Shown piece by piece: positions 1-13,400 of a stretch of 64,000 nt of DNA (within the stretch, counting starts at the first letter, position 1; the number at the start of each line of letters is the position of its first letter). The stretch comes from the human T2T-CHM13v2.0 reference genome, Homo sapiens: the NCBI RefSeq assembly GCF_009914755.1, contig NC_060941.1; one strand, given 5' to 3'. Made by a program: the position numbers and the translations under genes. The notes under the pieces were generated by a model that saw only the letters and a program-made list of their open reading frames with translations, was not told where the DNA came from and ran no database searches.

Positions 1-2058
1 TCTGCCTTACATTTCAGAACTGCTTTGCAGTTTGCAGAGCCTGGGCTGAGAACTGGAGCAGGCTGGAGCTGCTCTGAGCCCACACTCATCCACTGAAATA
101 GGAGACTCAGGTGTGGCGTGTGCCTGCCTGCAGGCTCTTCTGGATAGCTTGAGCCCACCCTCCTGCCCTCTCCAGTGTCCTGATCCTTGCTGCTTTGACA
201 GAGTTAATGTTTCCATCCTTCATCTCAGCTGCTTTGGATTTATTGTCCTGAGTAGCTTCTAAGTGTGCCTTGGCTCTTCCCCCTTTTCACTTCTTCCACT
301 GACATTTTACAACTGACCTTAGCACTTTTTCTTAGCTGGATTCTCTATATTTCAGCCTCCTTAACTAGTCTGTGGTGGTAAGATCATGAAATTTTATAGC
401 TCTGGAACCTTTTTTTTACATATATGATTCCCAGATCTGTATCTTCAAGCCTGCCCCATCACTCTTCCTTCAGTCCTGTCTTGTGCACTGGGACATTGCC
501 CTGTGGCTCTTTGCTGCTCCCTGAAACTGAATCTGTTGAATATAGAGTCTCTTCTCTTGCAAATCTTTTCCCCATGCACAGCTTTGCAGGCCTCTGAAGG
601 ACTTCACTAGACCTGTCATCCCATCTAGAAGGCCAGCTTTCTTCTCTCTCTGTTCTTTAACTTTCTACTTTTTGAGTCAGGAGAGAGGCGCTAGGTGAGA
701 CCCTGGTGGATTGATGTTCCCTCTCTACTCCACCCACCTTCACATTAAGCGTTCCATTTCTGCCCATGTAGAAATTTACCGGTTCTCTCTTTATAGTCTG
801 GGCTGCACCACTTACTTTTCCCATTAGAGCCGGCCTGCATTGGAGTGCCGAAGTGGTTGCTTCTGAGGGCTGCTAGGTGGCCTCTGACCAGGAGGAGACT
901 AGAAAAGGGTCCTGGCCTGGGCATCTGGAGGCAGCTGTGGCCCCGACTTCCCCATCAGTGGCTCACTAGGTGAGCCTAGGCTAATGGCTGGACCTTCTCT
1001 TGCTTTGGTTGTCTTGGCAGTGGAACAGTGGGATGAACCTGTTGTTCCTTACGGTGCACTTGAAAATGCCAGAATCCCATCCTCAACCTGCTTGAGGAGC
1101 CATCTCCTAGTTGCTGCTTTTGTACACCCCCGTGGCCCAGGTGCCAGATTCTTCTTGGCATCCAATGGTGCTCCCTTTCTGCTGGGTTCCGGGCACTGTC
1201 TGCAGTACAGGTTTAGGGGCTTGCCTGCCACTGTGATGTGTGAGGCCAGGAATCTGAGGTTCACACGTGCTGAGAGCTGCAGGCATTTGTGGGGCCTGCC
1301 TGGTTGTCCCTGAGGTTTCTAGGAGAAGCAGGTGTCAGGGACTCTGGGACTAGCCAGACAGATGGAGCCTATTATATGAGGGCTACCATGGCAAATAGGA
1401 TATGGCCTTGGCCCCAGAAGAGGCACAGGCTTGTGACCTTGGGAGAGTGGGAAGGATGATTTCAAACTTGCAAATGTGTTGAAGCTCAAAAATCAGACCT
1501 AACCCAGTGAGGAAAGAGACAATCTGGCTGTTTGTCGTCGAAGTAGGACAGTGTGCAACAGGGAGAAATGACATTTGTCAGAGCCTTTCTCCTGGGGCTC
1601 TTGGTCTCTGTATGCGTGGTTGGAATTTAAACTCCACATATGTACTCTGAGTTTAGTTTCTTTAGACATGAACTTTGTTTCTTCCAAGTAGGCAGGGACT
1701 ATTTGTCAAGTCTCTGCATGCCTGTTTGTCTGTGAGGTTATCCTCACCCCGTCAGTGTACGAAACAGCTGTCTCTGCAGGGAGTGTGTGTCGGCATTTTT
1801 TTTTTTTAAGGAGAACCTCTCTCCATGAGTCTGTATTTAGCTCCCTGGAGCCGTCTGATGAGTAGGTGGGGGCAGTAGTGGGCAGGTGTGGTGCAGTGTG
1901 GCCCCTTGTCGTAGTTGGCTTTATCTCCCAAATTGCTAGTGGGACAAATTTTCCTAGGAAGCGTTTCAAGGTGGAAAGGCTGAAGTGGCTCCTGAGAGAG
2001 GTTCCAGGCTGCACACTCCCTCCCCCTCTTGCTGCTTCCTGTGGCTGCGCTGCATGGT

Positions 2059-2153
2059 GCGTGAGGGGGATGCTTGGGGGGCTCCCTGCATCGCTGGGCT
2101 CTGGGTGCGTGATGGGGACGCTGGGGGGCTCCCTGTGTCGCTGGGCTCCGGGT
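2059..2153. repeat. Two-copy G-rich ~47-bp tandem repeat
   Basis: gcgtgagggggatgcttggggggctccctgcatcgctgggctctgggt followed by gcgtgatggggacgctggggggctccctgtgtcgctgggctccgggt. Confidence 0.85.
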
Positions 2154-2420
2154 GCTGGGTCCTGGCTGCAGGCTATTGGGTTGGGCTGGGCTGTCTGCAC
2201 ACGAGTCTGCGTTGAAAAGCCTACTCATCTGGCGTTGCTTGCTAAACAATTTTTAAAAGGTTATTTTTCTCCACCTTATTAAGATATTCGTGTATTAATA
2301 CATTATATTTGGAAAATGTAAGGAGATTTGGAAAATGATTAAAAAAGGATAAAGTAGTAAACAAAATTCACCCACAGCCCAGAGGGAAGAAAAGTAACGA
2401 TTCTTAAATTTTCTTTTTAT

Positions 2421-2517
2421 GATATGTATGATCCTATGTACATATATGTTGGTGTGTGTATATATATATGTGTATGCGTATATATAATGTATGTATATAT
2501 ACATTTATTTATACACA
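2421..2517. repeat. (TA)n/(TG)n low-complexity microsatellite
   Basis: Alternating purine-pyrimidine run. Confidence 0.85.
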
Positions 2518-3088
2518 CTCCCCCTCTGTCCCTGCTTTGTGGATTTAGCTGCATGGATAGTAATGTCTATCTAAGGGGCTATAGTCTAGAATCTAGAATA
2601 CATACTATTTGCTTTTTTTTCTTTCATATCATTGAATCTACAGAGTTTGGTAACCTGCATCTTTTTCCACTTAGTGTTAGTTACATTCTGAATATTTTCC
2701 CATGCTATTAAAAAACTTGTGGAATGTGTTTTTAATGGCTGTGCAATATCTTATTGTTCAGTTGTACCATTATTTATTTAACTAGTTCCCTATTGCCAGG
2801 CATTTAGACCTGCTTTATGGGGAAAGAATCAGGACTGTGGCTTCCGTGGCCAGTGTGCGGCAGTTGCCAAACAGGTCATGTGGTCCTGGTTCCCCAGGAT
2901 TCCCAAAGGCTCAATTCTCTAACCAGCTGGTGCTTTCCAGGCAGCCAGTGCCCCTTGGGCCATCAGGACCCTACAGCCTGCGAGGAATAGTTTTAGAAAG
3001 CAGATTAATTTCCTATTGTGTGTGAGTGATTTTAAATGAGTTTTTCGTTTCCCCTTTCTTCCCTTCTGTGCTCTGGTTGCTCCCACAG

Positions 3089-3182
3089 GGCAGTAAACGG
3101 CTTTGACCCCGCTCCTCCTCCTCCTGGTCTGGGCTCCTCGCGTCCATCGTCAGCGCCGGGTATGCTGCCTCTCAGTGTGTGA
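3089..3182 (+). CDS. NDEL1: NDEL1 terminal coding exon: (G)[30 protein letters not shown]
   Basis: Long polypyrimidine tract and cccacAG acceptor ending 3088; the frame from 3090 gives the recognised NDEL1 C-terminus; TGA at 3180-3182. Confidence 0.95.
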
Positions 3183-4320
3183 GTGCCTAGCCTCCAGGTG
3201 GGGGCTCCTGCCCTCCTCCAACAACCCAGGACACCCACGCCTCACCCCTCGGTGCCTGGGCCCAGCCCCGTGCCCCTCCGTCTGCCTCCGCACGGCTGGC
3301 AGAGGGCAGGCTGCATGCAGTGGCGGCTACTGGGCCCTGCCCAGCCCCGGAACTCTGCGCGATATCAATACTGGCTATTTTCTCTTCTCGCCGTAGTGCC
3401 GTTGGTTTCACATGATTGCACTTTTGTGGGTCGCAAGGTGATACATACGTGTATTACTTGGTCACTGGATGCAGAAGTACCCATTCATCACACCTGCCCC
3501 ATAGCCCCCACTCTGCTGTACTGATAGGATTTAGTTGTGTTTTAGGACATTGCAAATCTTCTAGAAGTTCTCCCCCAAATCAGGTCAATGTGTGCCCTCC
3601 TGAGCTCCCACCCAGGCATCTCCAGTGCTCATGATCATGTGTCCCCCAACTCCACCCCTCACAGTTTGGGCCTGTTTCTGGCAAAGAGTCAGGAAGGTTA
3701 CTGAATTAGGGAACATTTTCTGCACCTTCTGATTTTACTTAAGCAGCTACCATTCCATGGACTTGCCTCCCAGAGCAGCACAATGCCCGTCTGAGCCCCA
3801 CGTGGCAGGAGCCTCTGGGACGGGGCACACACAGGCCCAGCCTCTGTGCTGTCTCCTCCTCTGTGCGCCTCAGACTCGGGGTGAGGGAGGCGGGCAGCCT
3901 CTCGCCAGCCTTCCCGTCCTTCAGTTCAACGACATCTTTGGAGTGTTTTTGTTTTCTCTTCCAAGGGCCGTCCCGTTGTGTTAGGAAGGGTGAGTGGCTG
4001 GTTCCAGGGTGGGCCGGTGCCAGCTCCGGGGTGGACTGAACAGCGGCGGCTGTCCCTGTGCATCCTTTGATTACTCTCATGCTGCATTTACTGTTTACAT
4101 TTGTTTTATTGTACATAGGTTTGTAAACATTATTGCCTGAGATATTTGTATATAACTTGGGCTTTGTAGCTTTTATTTATTCAGAACGCATACGGCATGT
4201 TAATGACTCTGATGGTGTCCTCCTCTGGGCAGCTGTATAGGATCATCATGTGGTTACAAAAAATACTTCCCTCAAAAAAATTCTTTTAATGTGGAAACAA
4301 TAAATTTCACAGAAAAAAAG
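3183..4320 (+). other. NDEL1: NDEL1 3'UTR (proximal poly(A) isoform); 3' end approximate
   Basis: Repeat-free sequence after the stop, AU-rich distal part, AATAAA at 4299-4304. Confidence 0.85.
4299..4304 (+). terminator. NDEL1 polyadenylation signal AATAAA
   Basis: Canonical hexamer, U-rich upstream, GT-rich downstream (gattgacgttgcttt). Confidence 0.85.
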
Positions 4321-4913
4321 GATTGACGTTGCTTTATTCAGTCTCTGCCATCCCATGAGAGGAGAGCTGGGGCCCGTAAAGCCAGGTTCCAACGTCACTG
4401 CTGCTCTGACATGGGACACGCAGCTGTGGAATGGGACAGAGATCAGGTGGCCTCCGGAGATGTCTTATGTGCGGAGCAGGCGTCCTCATGCTGTTTCTTG
4501 GCACTGGCTTCTGGGCTTGGCTGTGATTTCCAGGAGCAGTTTGAGAATGGCCTGGGCCCCATGTGAAAATCTGAAAGGAAGGACCAGGATGTTGAGGGCG
4601 GAAGTTCACAAAGTCCCAGAGTAACTGGGATGGATCCGGGACCTGGTCCTGCAGCTGTGCTGCCATTCATGACAGATGTTGTCATTCTGGGATTAGAAGT
4701 CGCTTCGAACCGGCACTTCTCCTCATCCCTCAGGTTAATGCTAGCAAGTGAGAGAAGGTGTCAGATACTTGATAGCAAGACACATTGAAGAACGCGTAAA
4801 CTGGGGGTCTGTGTGAATGCATCAGATTCTGAGCACTGTTTGCTTAGAACAACAGAAACATTTTATAGTTTTAAAACTGTAAGTAACTGAAAACGATGTG
4901 AATCAAAACCCTA

Positions 4914-5236
<323 letters not shown>

Positions 5237-5802
5237 CTATAGACAGGAATATCTGCTGTTAGTTCCTGGAGATTTTGTCCTGAGCTGAGTCTCCAGGGAC
5301 ACTCGCGGTGGGTGTGTGCTGTGCTTGGCTGAGCTGCAGTGCTTGAGAGGACAATCCTAAGCCCCTTGTTGATGTGCAGCAACTTCATCATCTTTCCCAG
5401 CCCTCATTGGAAGGATTGGATTAGATGAGAGGTTTCAGCATTTAGCCGACCTCTTTATGTAGGAACCCCAACTAAAACACAGCAAGCAGGGCTTTCACTC
5501 TGGTTAAAGCACAGTTGATGTTTGGAGCCCTGAATCTTCATCCCTGGCTCCCCAAATGATTTCTCACTTCCTTTGCATCTGAACACCCTGGGCTCCTCTT
5601 ATCCAGACTGTTCTGCCAATTGCTGGTCACTCAGTTGATAGCTGGAGGAAGGGCCCTGGCTACAGGGGCCCACGTGTCATCCACTGCATGTCACCACTGC
5701 TGTGGGTCCAGAAGAGCCTGGGCTAGGTCCCTGGAGGGGTAGCAGCGTGCTGTTGGGCTTATTTCTGATCCCTTTGGGAAGAGACTTTCACTTTAAAATT
5801 AA

Positions 5803-6167
<365 letters not shown>

Positions 6168-7289
6168 TTAGTGACGTTTTTTTTGTGGCTCTAGCAGCTC
6201 TTGGCAAATGATCCCCCGTGAAGAAAGCAGCCAACTCCCTGGCTCATCTCCCGCTTTCTGTTTGGACTGTGGGGTGTAAGATGCTACTTTGGACATGGTC
6301 AGAGAGAGCATCTGCCACCTGGCATGAATGCCGCTACGTACCGTTTGCCTGTCTAGCTGAAGAGTGCCTCTGGGTAGAGTGCCTCTGTGTGGGTTTTCTT
6401 CCTGGAGCTGCCGGGTACCTGGTTTTGCATGGCTCTCCATGAAACCTCGGGAATGAGCCTTCCTTGAGCCGCATCTGTGTGCCGTTCCTCCCTGCTGGTG
6501 GGGCTGATCTCCCGGCTGGTGGACAGCTTCTTGCCTCCAGGTGTTTTCATTTCAGCCGCTCAGTCCTATCCCTTGCTCCCAAATATTGTCTTACAAGAGA
6601 GTAGTAGCCAGCGCTCCACTTCCTTCAGCCCAGAGTGGCCAGAAATGATCCCTGACCAACGCAGCTGAGACCCAGGAGCCAAAGCTGGGACCTTGAGTCA
6701 CAGTGAGGCCTGCAAGAACTATACAGAGGTGACCTGAGGACAGGACACAGTGCTCTGACCTCAGGTGGCAGAAAGGACAATGGGCCCGGGTTTGAGTTGA
6801 CTGAGCTTGCACGGCTAATTCATGGTGAAGCCAGGCTTGGGCACGAGCCCAGTCTTTTTCTGCTGTGCCTTTCCAGACTTGAGGCCTCACTGGCCTTGAC
6901 TCCCACGCTCTGTCCTGTGCCTTGGGAGAGGAGCAGGTTTTGAAGGCTTGGAAATGACGAGCGGCGGGGCCGGCACAGCCTTTGTAGCAGGAGGAATCGG
7001 TTCACGTAGCCTTCCTCCTGTGCCCGCTGCGCATGCTGACTCCGCCTTTCTTGGCAGCTGCCCCGGAGATGCCACTAGTGCGCGTCTCCTGAGAGCCAAG
7101 GTGGAAGCTGGCACTTCTGGGAGAGGGGAGGCATCCTGGGTGGAGCCACGGCTTTAGGGAGCACCCGGTAGCCAGCTCTGCCCCCTCCCCGACTGTAACA
7201 GTGTTGTGCCTTGTCTCGTGTGTTGGTGATACAGCATTCCTGAAAAGCAGATTCCAGTGAGGCTCCACAATTTCCTTCTAAGCTGCTGA

Positions 7290-7503
<214 letters not shown>

Positions 7504-8531
7504 TGATGCTGTGCTTTATCGATCTTTCCAGGAGTCGGGCAATGACACCATCACAGCTGCGCCTACTGACAGTGATTGTGAGATACAGGAGATGTGGCCC
7601 ACGTGAAGCTGGGGGTGCCTTGGCACCTGTGCAGTATGGCACATACTTGGGAGAGGCAGCGCTCTGCATGGGGATCTGTGAGACCCAGTTTGTCGGTTAT
7701 GTCACGTTACCTCTCGAATAAGGCTTTGTGACATCCAGTCAGCCGGAATGGAGCCTGTTACTGGGCTGCTTAGTCTCAGTAGGGGTTGAAGTCCGGGGCC
7801 ACACTTTCTGCCCAGCTTACAGGCTCTGTAGCTATAGTGAATGCCTTTGAAAAGCAGTAGCATGATGGACTTACACCCTTTCAATAGCTTCATATAAGAT
7901 TCCCAACAAGAATGAGGTACTTCACAATCTGCTTGATTCCCAAATGGCAGGTGCCTACAGAAGGAAGTGGACTTCTCTGTCTGGTCCTGACAGCTGACTT
8001 AGGACGGCATTTTGGCAAAAACTCAACATCTGGGAAAGCTCTTGGTGCAGATGTTGTCCCCGAAAGGTGGAAAGGGAGAGGTCCTTTCTTGCATTCCTCC
8101 CAGAGACTGGGAAGCCTGTGTGGGTGGGGCCTCGCAAGGGGAGACCTGCCTGGAACTCGAGGGAGAGGAGTCCTCACCACTTCCTAACGATTCCAACCTG
8201 GAGCCTGTTCTGGCTTTTTTCTTTTTTTGGGAGTGAAGGAAGAGCAGGAAGGTGTGGTTTGACAACAGTGAGCTCTCTTCTCCAGTCTTGATGTGGACAT
8301 GTCTGTCCCTCAGCAGCACCGGCCTCTGGGGAGAAGGGCCCTGGGTCGGTCATACCCAGAGCCATAGAAAGGGCTGGCTAGAACAGCTTGGCCTTACGGC
8401 TCACAGTTCATCTTAGCTGAGGTTTCCTGGGACAGGAAAAATTGGTGACACAAAGATGTGACAAATCTATAGCCTGATGCCATCAGGAATTGGAAGTGTC
8501 CCCTCAAGCCAGCAGGCTAGAAATAGGTGTT

Positions 8532-8833
8532 AGCTGGGCATGGTGGCTCACACCTGTAATCCCAGCACTTTGGGAGGGAGGCCAAGGCGGGACGAATCAC
8601 GTGAGGCCGGGAGTTCAAAACCAACCTGTCCAACATGGTGAAACCCCGTTTCTACAAAAAAAGAAAATACAAAAATTAGCCAGGCCTGGTGGCGGGCGCC
8701 TGTAATCCCAGCTACTCGGGGGGCTGAAGCAGAGAATGGCTTGAACCCGGAGGTGGAGGGTGAAGTGAGCTGAGAGCATGCCACTGCGCTCCAGCCTGGG
8801 AGACAGAGCGCGACTCTGTCTCGGGAAAAAAAA
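8532..8833 (+). mobile_element. Alu (diverged AluS-like)
   Basis: Dimeric Alu with A tail. Confidence 0.93.
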
Positions 8834-9317
8834 CAAGTTGTTATCCTTCCAAAGCAGTTTAAAAATAGTCCACTGGAATGGCTGCATTAAAGAAAATAAA
8901 TAAAAACAACAACAAAAACTGGCATCTATGATGTGGCAAGGGCAGAGCGCTTATGGCCCTAAACGAAGCCCCGGCACTGCCTCATGTCGTCTAGACCCAG
9001 GCTCAACGAAAGAGCAAGCCTTTCCCAAGTCTTGCCTGAGTTCCTCCTCACCGGGAACCACACTGCTGCTGGGTAGAAGCTGACCAGCTTGATCTTCTGA
9101 TACACTCAAAGCCCAGCTGCCATAAACTGTCTTCCTTGTGCTCTGAATGCCCAACGAAGGTTGTATAAACTACCTTTCCTTAGGTCTGGAGTGTCGGGTC
9201 AGTCAAGAAGGGACCCTTTTAGTTATTAAATAGTATCTTTGCAGAATCAGGGCCTGGAATTGGTTCACACAGATTGTTTCTCCTGGCACGCTGAGTAGTT
9301 GGGAAACTGTGACGTGA

Positions 9318-9731
<414 letters not shown>

Positions 9732-10369
9732 TGAAGCACCATACCTGTGACTCACCTTTCCTCTCCTATGGTAGTGGCACAGGAGGAAGAGGGCACTTCG
9801 GCCCATTTCACACGTTTCCACTGCTGCCAAGAAGCCTAGTCATAGACCCCTTACCCCCAGAACCAGTCTAACCGGAGAATATTATGGAACAAGAAATCGG
9901 CATTCTCTGTTTGATTCTGTGCTGCCCTAGTATTTCTCTCATCCTAGTTGGCCCGCACTAGAGAGGCTGCCCTTGGCCTCATCACTGAATCCTCCAAAAG
10001 CATCTTCAATGCGTGTCTGCCTGAAAATGCAGCCTGAAATGTACTGGACCCCTGAAAATGTCCTAACCCAGCAGTGAGCTTCATTGGCTGGTGACCAGAG
10101 CCCTCCTAAATCACTCCCTTGACAGGTGGGCCAGCTCCTGCCTTTGGGTGGTCTTTCCCTTCCTAGTGCGTGTGCATCCTGTGAGGCACTGGCAGGAACA
10201 AGAGTTGGAGCCAGGACTGGCCTGAGAATTATTCTGTCGTCTGACCTGGGAGACAGCGCCCTCAGCAAAAAGGGCCTGGCGCCATCATTTGAAGTTGGTG
10301 TGTAGCACCCACCCTCCAGTCAGATCACAGATGGGAAATCGAGAACAGAAGGTGAGAAAACAGATTCCA

Positions 10370-11963
10370 CGTTCACATGATTATTCTTGTTTATTGAGGT
10401 CTCTTTATTCTCCACGGGTGCTTTTTTCTTCAAGTAAACAGAGCAGGCGCAAATATCTATAATGAATAAATTTATTGTCTTACAAAAATCATTGTCTAGA
10501 AATATGGGAATACAAGAAAAGATATTTGCGGTCAGGTGTCTGGTGGTCAACAGCCAGTACAGTTCATAAAGGGGGAAAATCCAAGATTCCAAACCCACAG
10601 GACAAATTCTTCCTAATAGATGTTAAAGCTTTTAACCCAAAAGGTTTGTGTTTTCAAGCACATTGCAGAGGATCAAGGATTTAGAATTAACACTGATTCA
10701 TTGTCACTGAATGTCTGTAATACCACTTTGACTAGAGAGGTACATGATATGAAGCACAGTCAAAACTGAATACATTAAATTGTTATAGAGGCGAATGATA
10801 TATTCAACATTGTCTTAGTACTGTAGTGTCTAAGGCACTTTCCGTAATGTCAGTTTGCTTAACTACCAACCAAAAACAGGATGCTAAGTGTTCACTGTAA
10901 CACTGTCCAAAGGGAAGGGAGAAGGAAAAATGAAGGAGTCACACCCACTGGCATGTCAACATTCAGGAAGATGGCATCTGTTCTGGAGGCTCCATAAACC
11001 TCATTGACAAACTTGGAACAAGCCTCGGACACAAAACCAATATTCCCATTTTGGGCTCAAAGCAGCGGCTGAATTTGCAAGGTCAGCATGAGGGCCCGGC
11101 TGGCGACGGGGAGGGGCCTTCCACCAGCTCGGCTTAGGGGTCCACGGCTGCTTGCTCCTGACGTGAGGAGGGCGCCGGCAGAGCCAGGCGGTTCGGGAGA
11201 CCATCTGGAAGTCTACATGATCCATGGCTGCCACCTGGGGCCTCAGCTGCAGTGTGGCCACTATCCCTTCTATGCACAGACCAGCCCTCGCCAAGGCCAG
11301 TTCACATGAGTAGATGCGGGACACCATCGACTCGAGGGGCAGGGCCCCCCTTGGGGGATGGACATGGTAACCCCAAATGGGTGTTGCTTCCGATCCAGCC
11401 CACCCCTCCTACTCTTTCCAAAGCCCCTTTCACAGTTTGCTCACTGAAATAGCATTGATCATTATTTGAAGGAAATGAGAGAGACAAGTGCAGTTTAGAG
11501 TCCACAGTGGTCTAGGAGACTTGATGTGGCTGAGTCGTCGGGGGCCACGTGAACACAGAACTAGGTTACCTGTCTGTATGACAGAGAGCATGCAGAGCGA
11601 CTGAGTGACGACCACGGCGCTGCCCCAATAACCCAGCGACCCGCAACCAAGGGCCTGGAGTTTGTTTTAAAAAGGGTCTTACCATGTTTTATAAAATGGT
11701 CTCTTGATGACTATATGGAAAATAGATGCAATGATGAAACAATCTGTTTAATATATGTGTCCTGTGTGTGTCTATATATAAAAAGGGGAGCAATTGTACC
11801 TAAGTCTGAAGCAGGATACAGTATGCATAGGCTGGAGAGCCTTAAGACACAGTTGATCTTTCAGGAAGGAATCCCGTAGCTTGCCAATTTCCGAAATCTG
11901 CAGGAGGCCCCGGGTGCATTCCTAACTGTCCCACTGTATTGCCTCCTCTGGCTTCCTGCAACT
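10370..11963 (-). other. MYH10: MYH10 3'UTR; 3' end approximate
   Basis: Repeat-free sequence after TAA; minus-strand AATAAA at 10471-10476, 10404-10409 and 10390-10395, then a U/GU-rich downstream element. Confidence 0.88.
10390..10476 (-). terminator. MYH10 tandem poly(A) signals (three AATAAA)
   Basis: tttatt on + at 10390, 10404 and 10471. Confidence 0.8.
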
Positions 11964-12341
<378 letters not shown>

Positions 12342-12408
12342 TCAGCCTAGGACTGTGTGATGGAAATGGTAAGGAAGACGGATTAAGGCCAAGCTCTACC
12401 TGCTAACC

Positions 12409-12579
12409 AGGGAATCAGCCAGATAGCAAAGTGGGCCACATAGGGACTCTGTTGCATATTCTTTGTTTCGGCGTTTTTATAACCATTTAAAAATGTAGAA
12501 ACCATGCTTAGTTTGATGGCTGTATAAAAGCAGGGTATGCACCAAATCTGCCCATTGGCCAGATGTGCTGAAACCTCCG
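12409..12579 (+). mobile_element. MER58-family hAT-Charlie DNA transposon remnant
   Basis: gggccacatagggactctgttgcatattcttt...tttaaaaatgtagaaaccatgcttag resembles the MER58 consensus. Confidence 0.65.
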
Positions 12580-13034
12580 CCGACCTGGTCTTCTGGGGCA
12601 GAGACTTCAGCTGTAGCTCTCTCACGCTCTGCCCTCTCACTGGTACAGAGCAGATCCAGTGTGGTGAGGAGGACGGTGCTGAGGAGGGCTGATGGCACCA
12701 GGTCCCAGGAGGAGCTCCTGCCCTGCTTTTTAAGAGAGGCTGGGACCTCACTTCACTAATGGATATCTGGACGGGGATGGATGCCTGACCCAGCTCCAGC
12801 CTGGTGTGGTGGATTAGTGTGGTCCTCTAGTGACTGGCAATGAATAGGGCCGCCTCCTCTTTTATTCTCCCCAAGGACGACTATAAAGGTCAGAAATCTT
12901 AAATGAAGTGGTTCGGGAGAAAGAATGGGTCACTGGGTATGGATCTAAGTAAACTTCCTCTGACCAGCTGCACCCCGAGCCTAAGCTAACCCACAAAGCA
13001 GCTGCCTGTCAGCTCGGGGCCGCATGCCTGCTCA

Positions 13035-13400
<366 letters not shown>

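Noticed and set aside
1706-2282. Overlapping 138-164 aa ORFs in the NDEL1 intron
   Set aside because: GC-rich tandem-repeat region that is depleted of stop codons by composition
10252-10268. CTCF-like motif (CAGCGCCCTCAGC) between the convergent genes
   Set aside because: Only half of the consensus matches; not supportable without ChIP data
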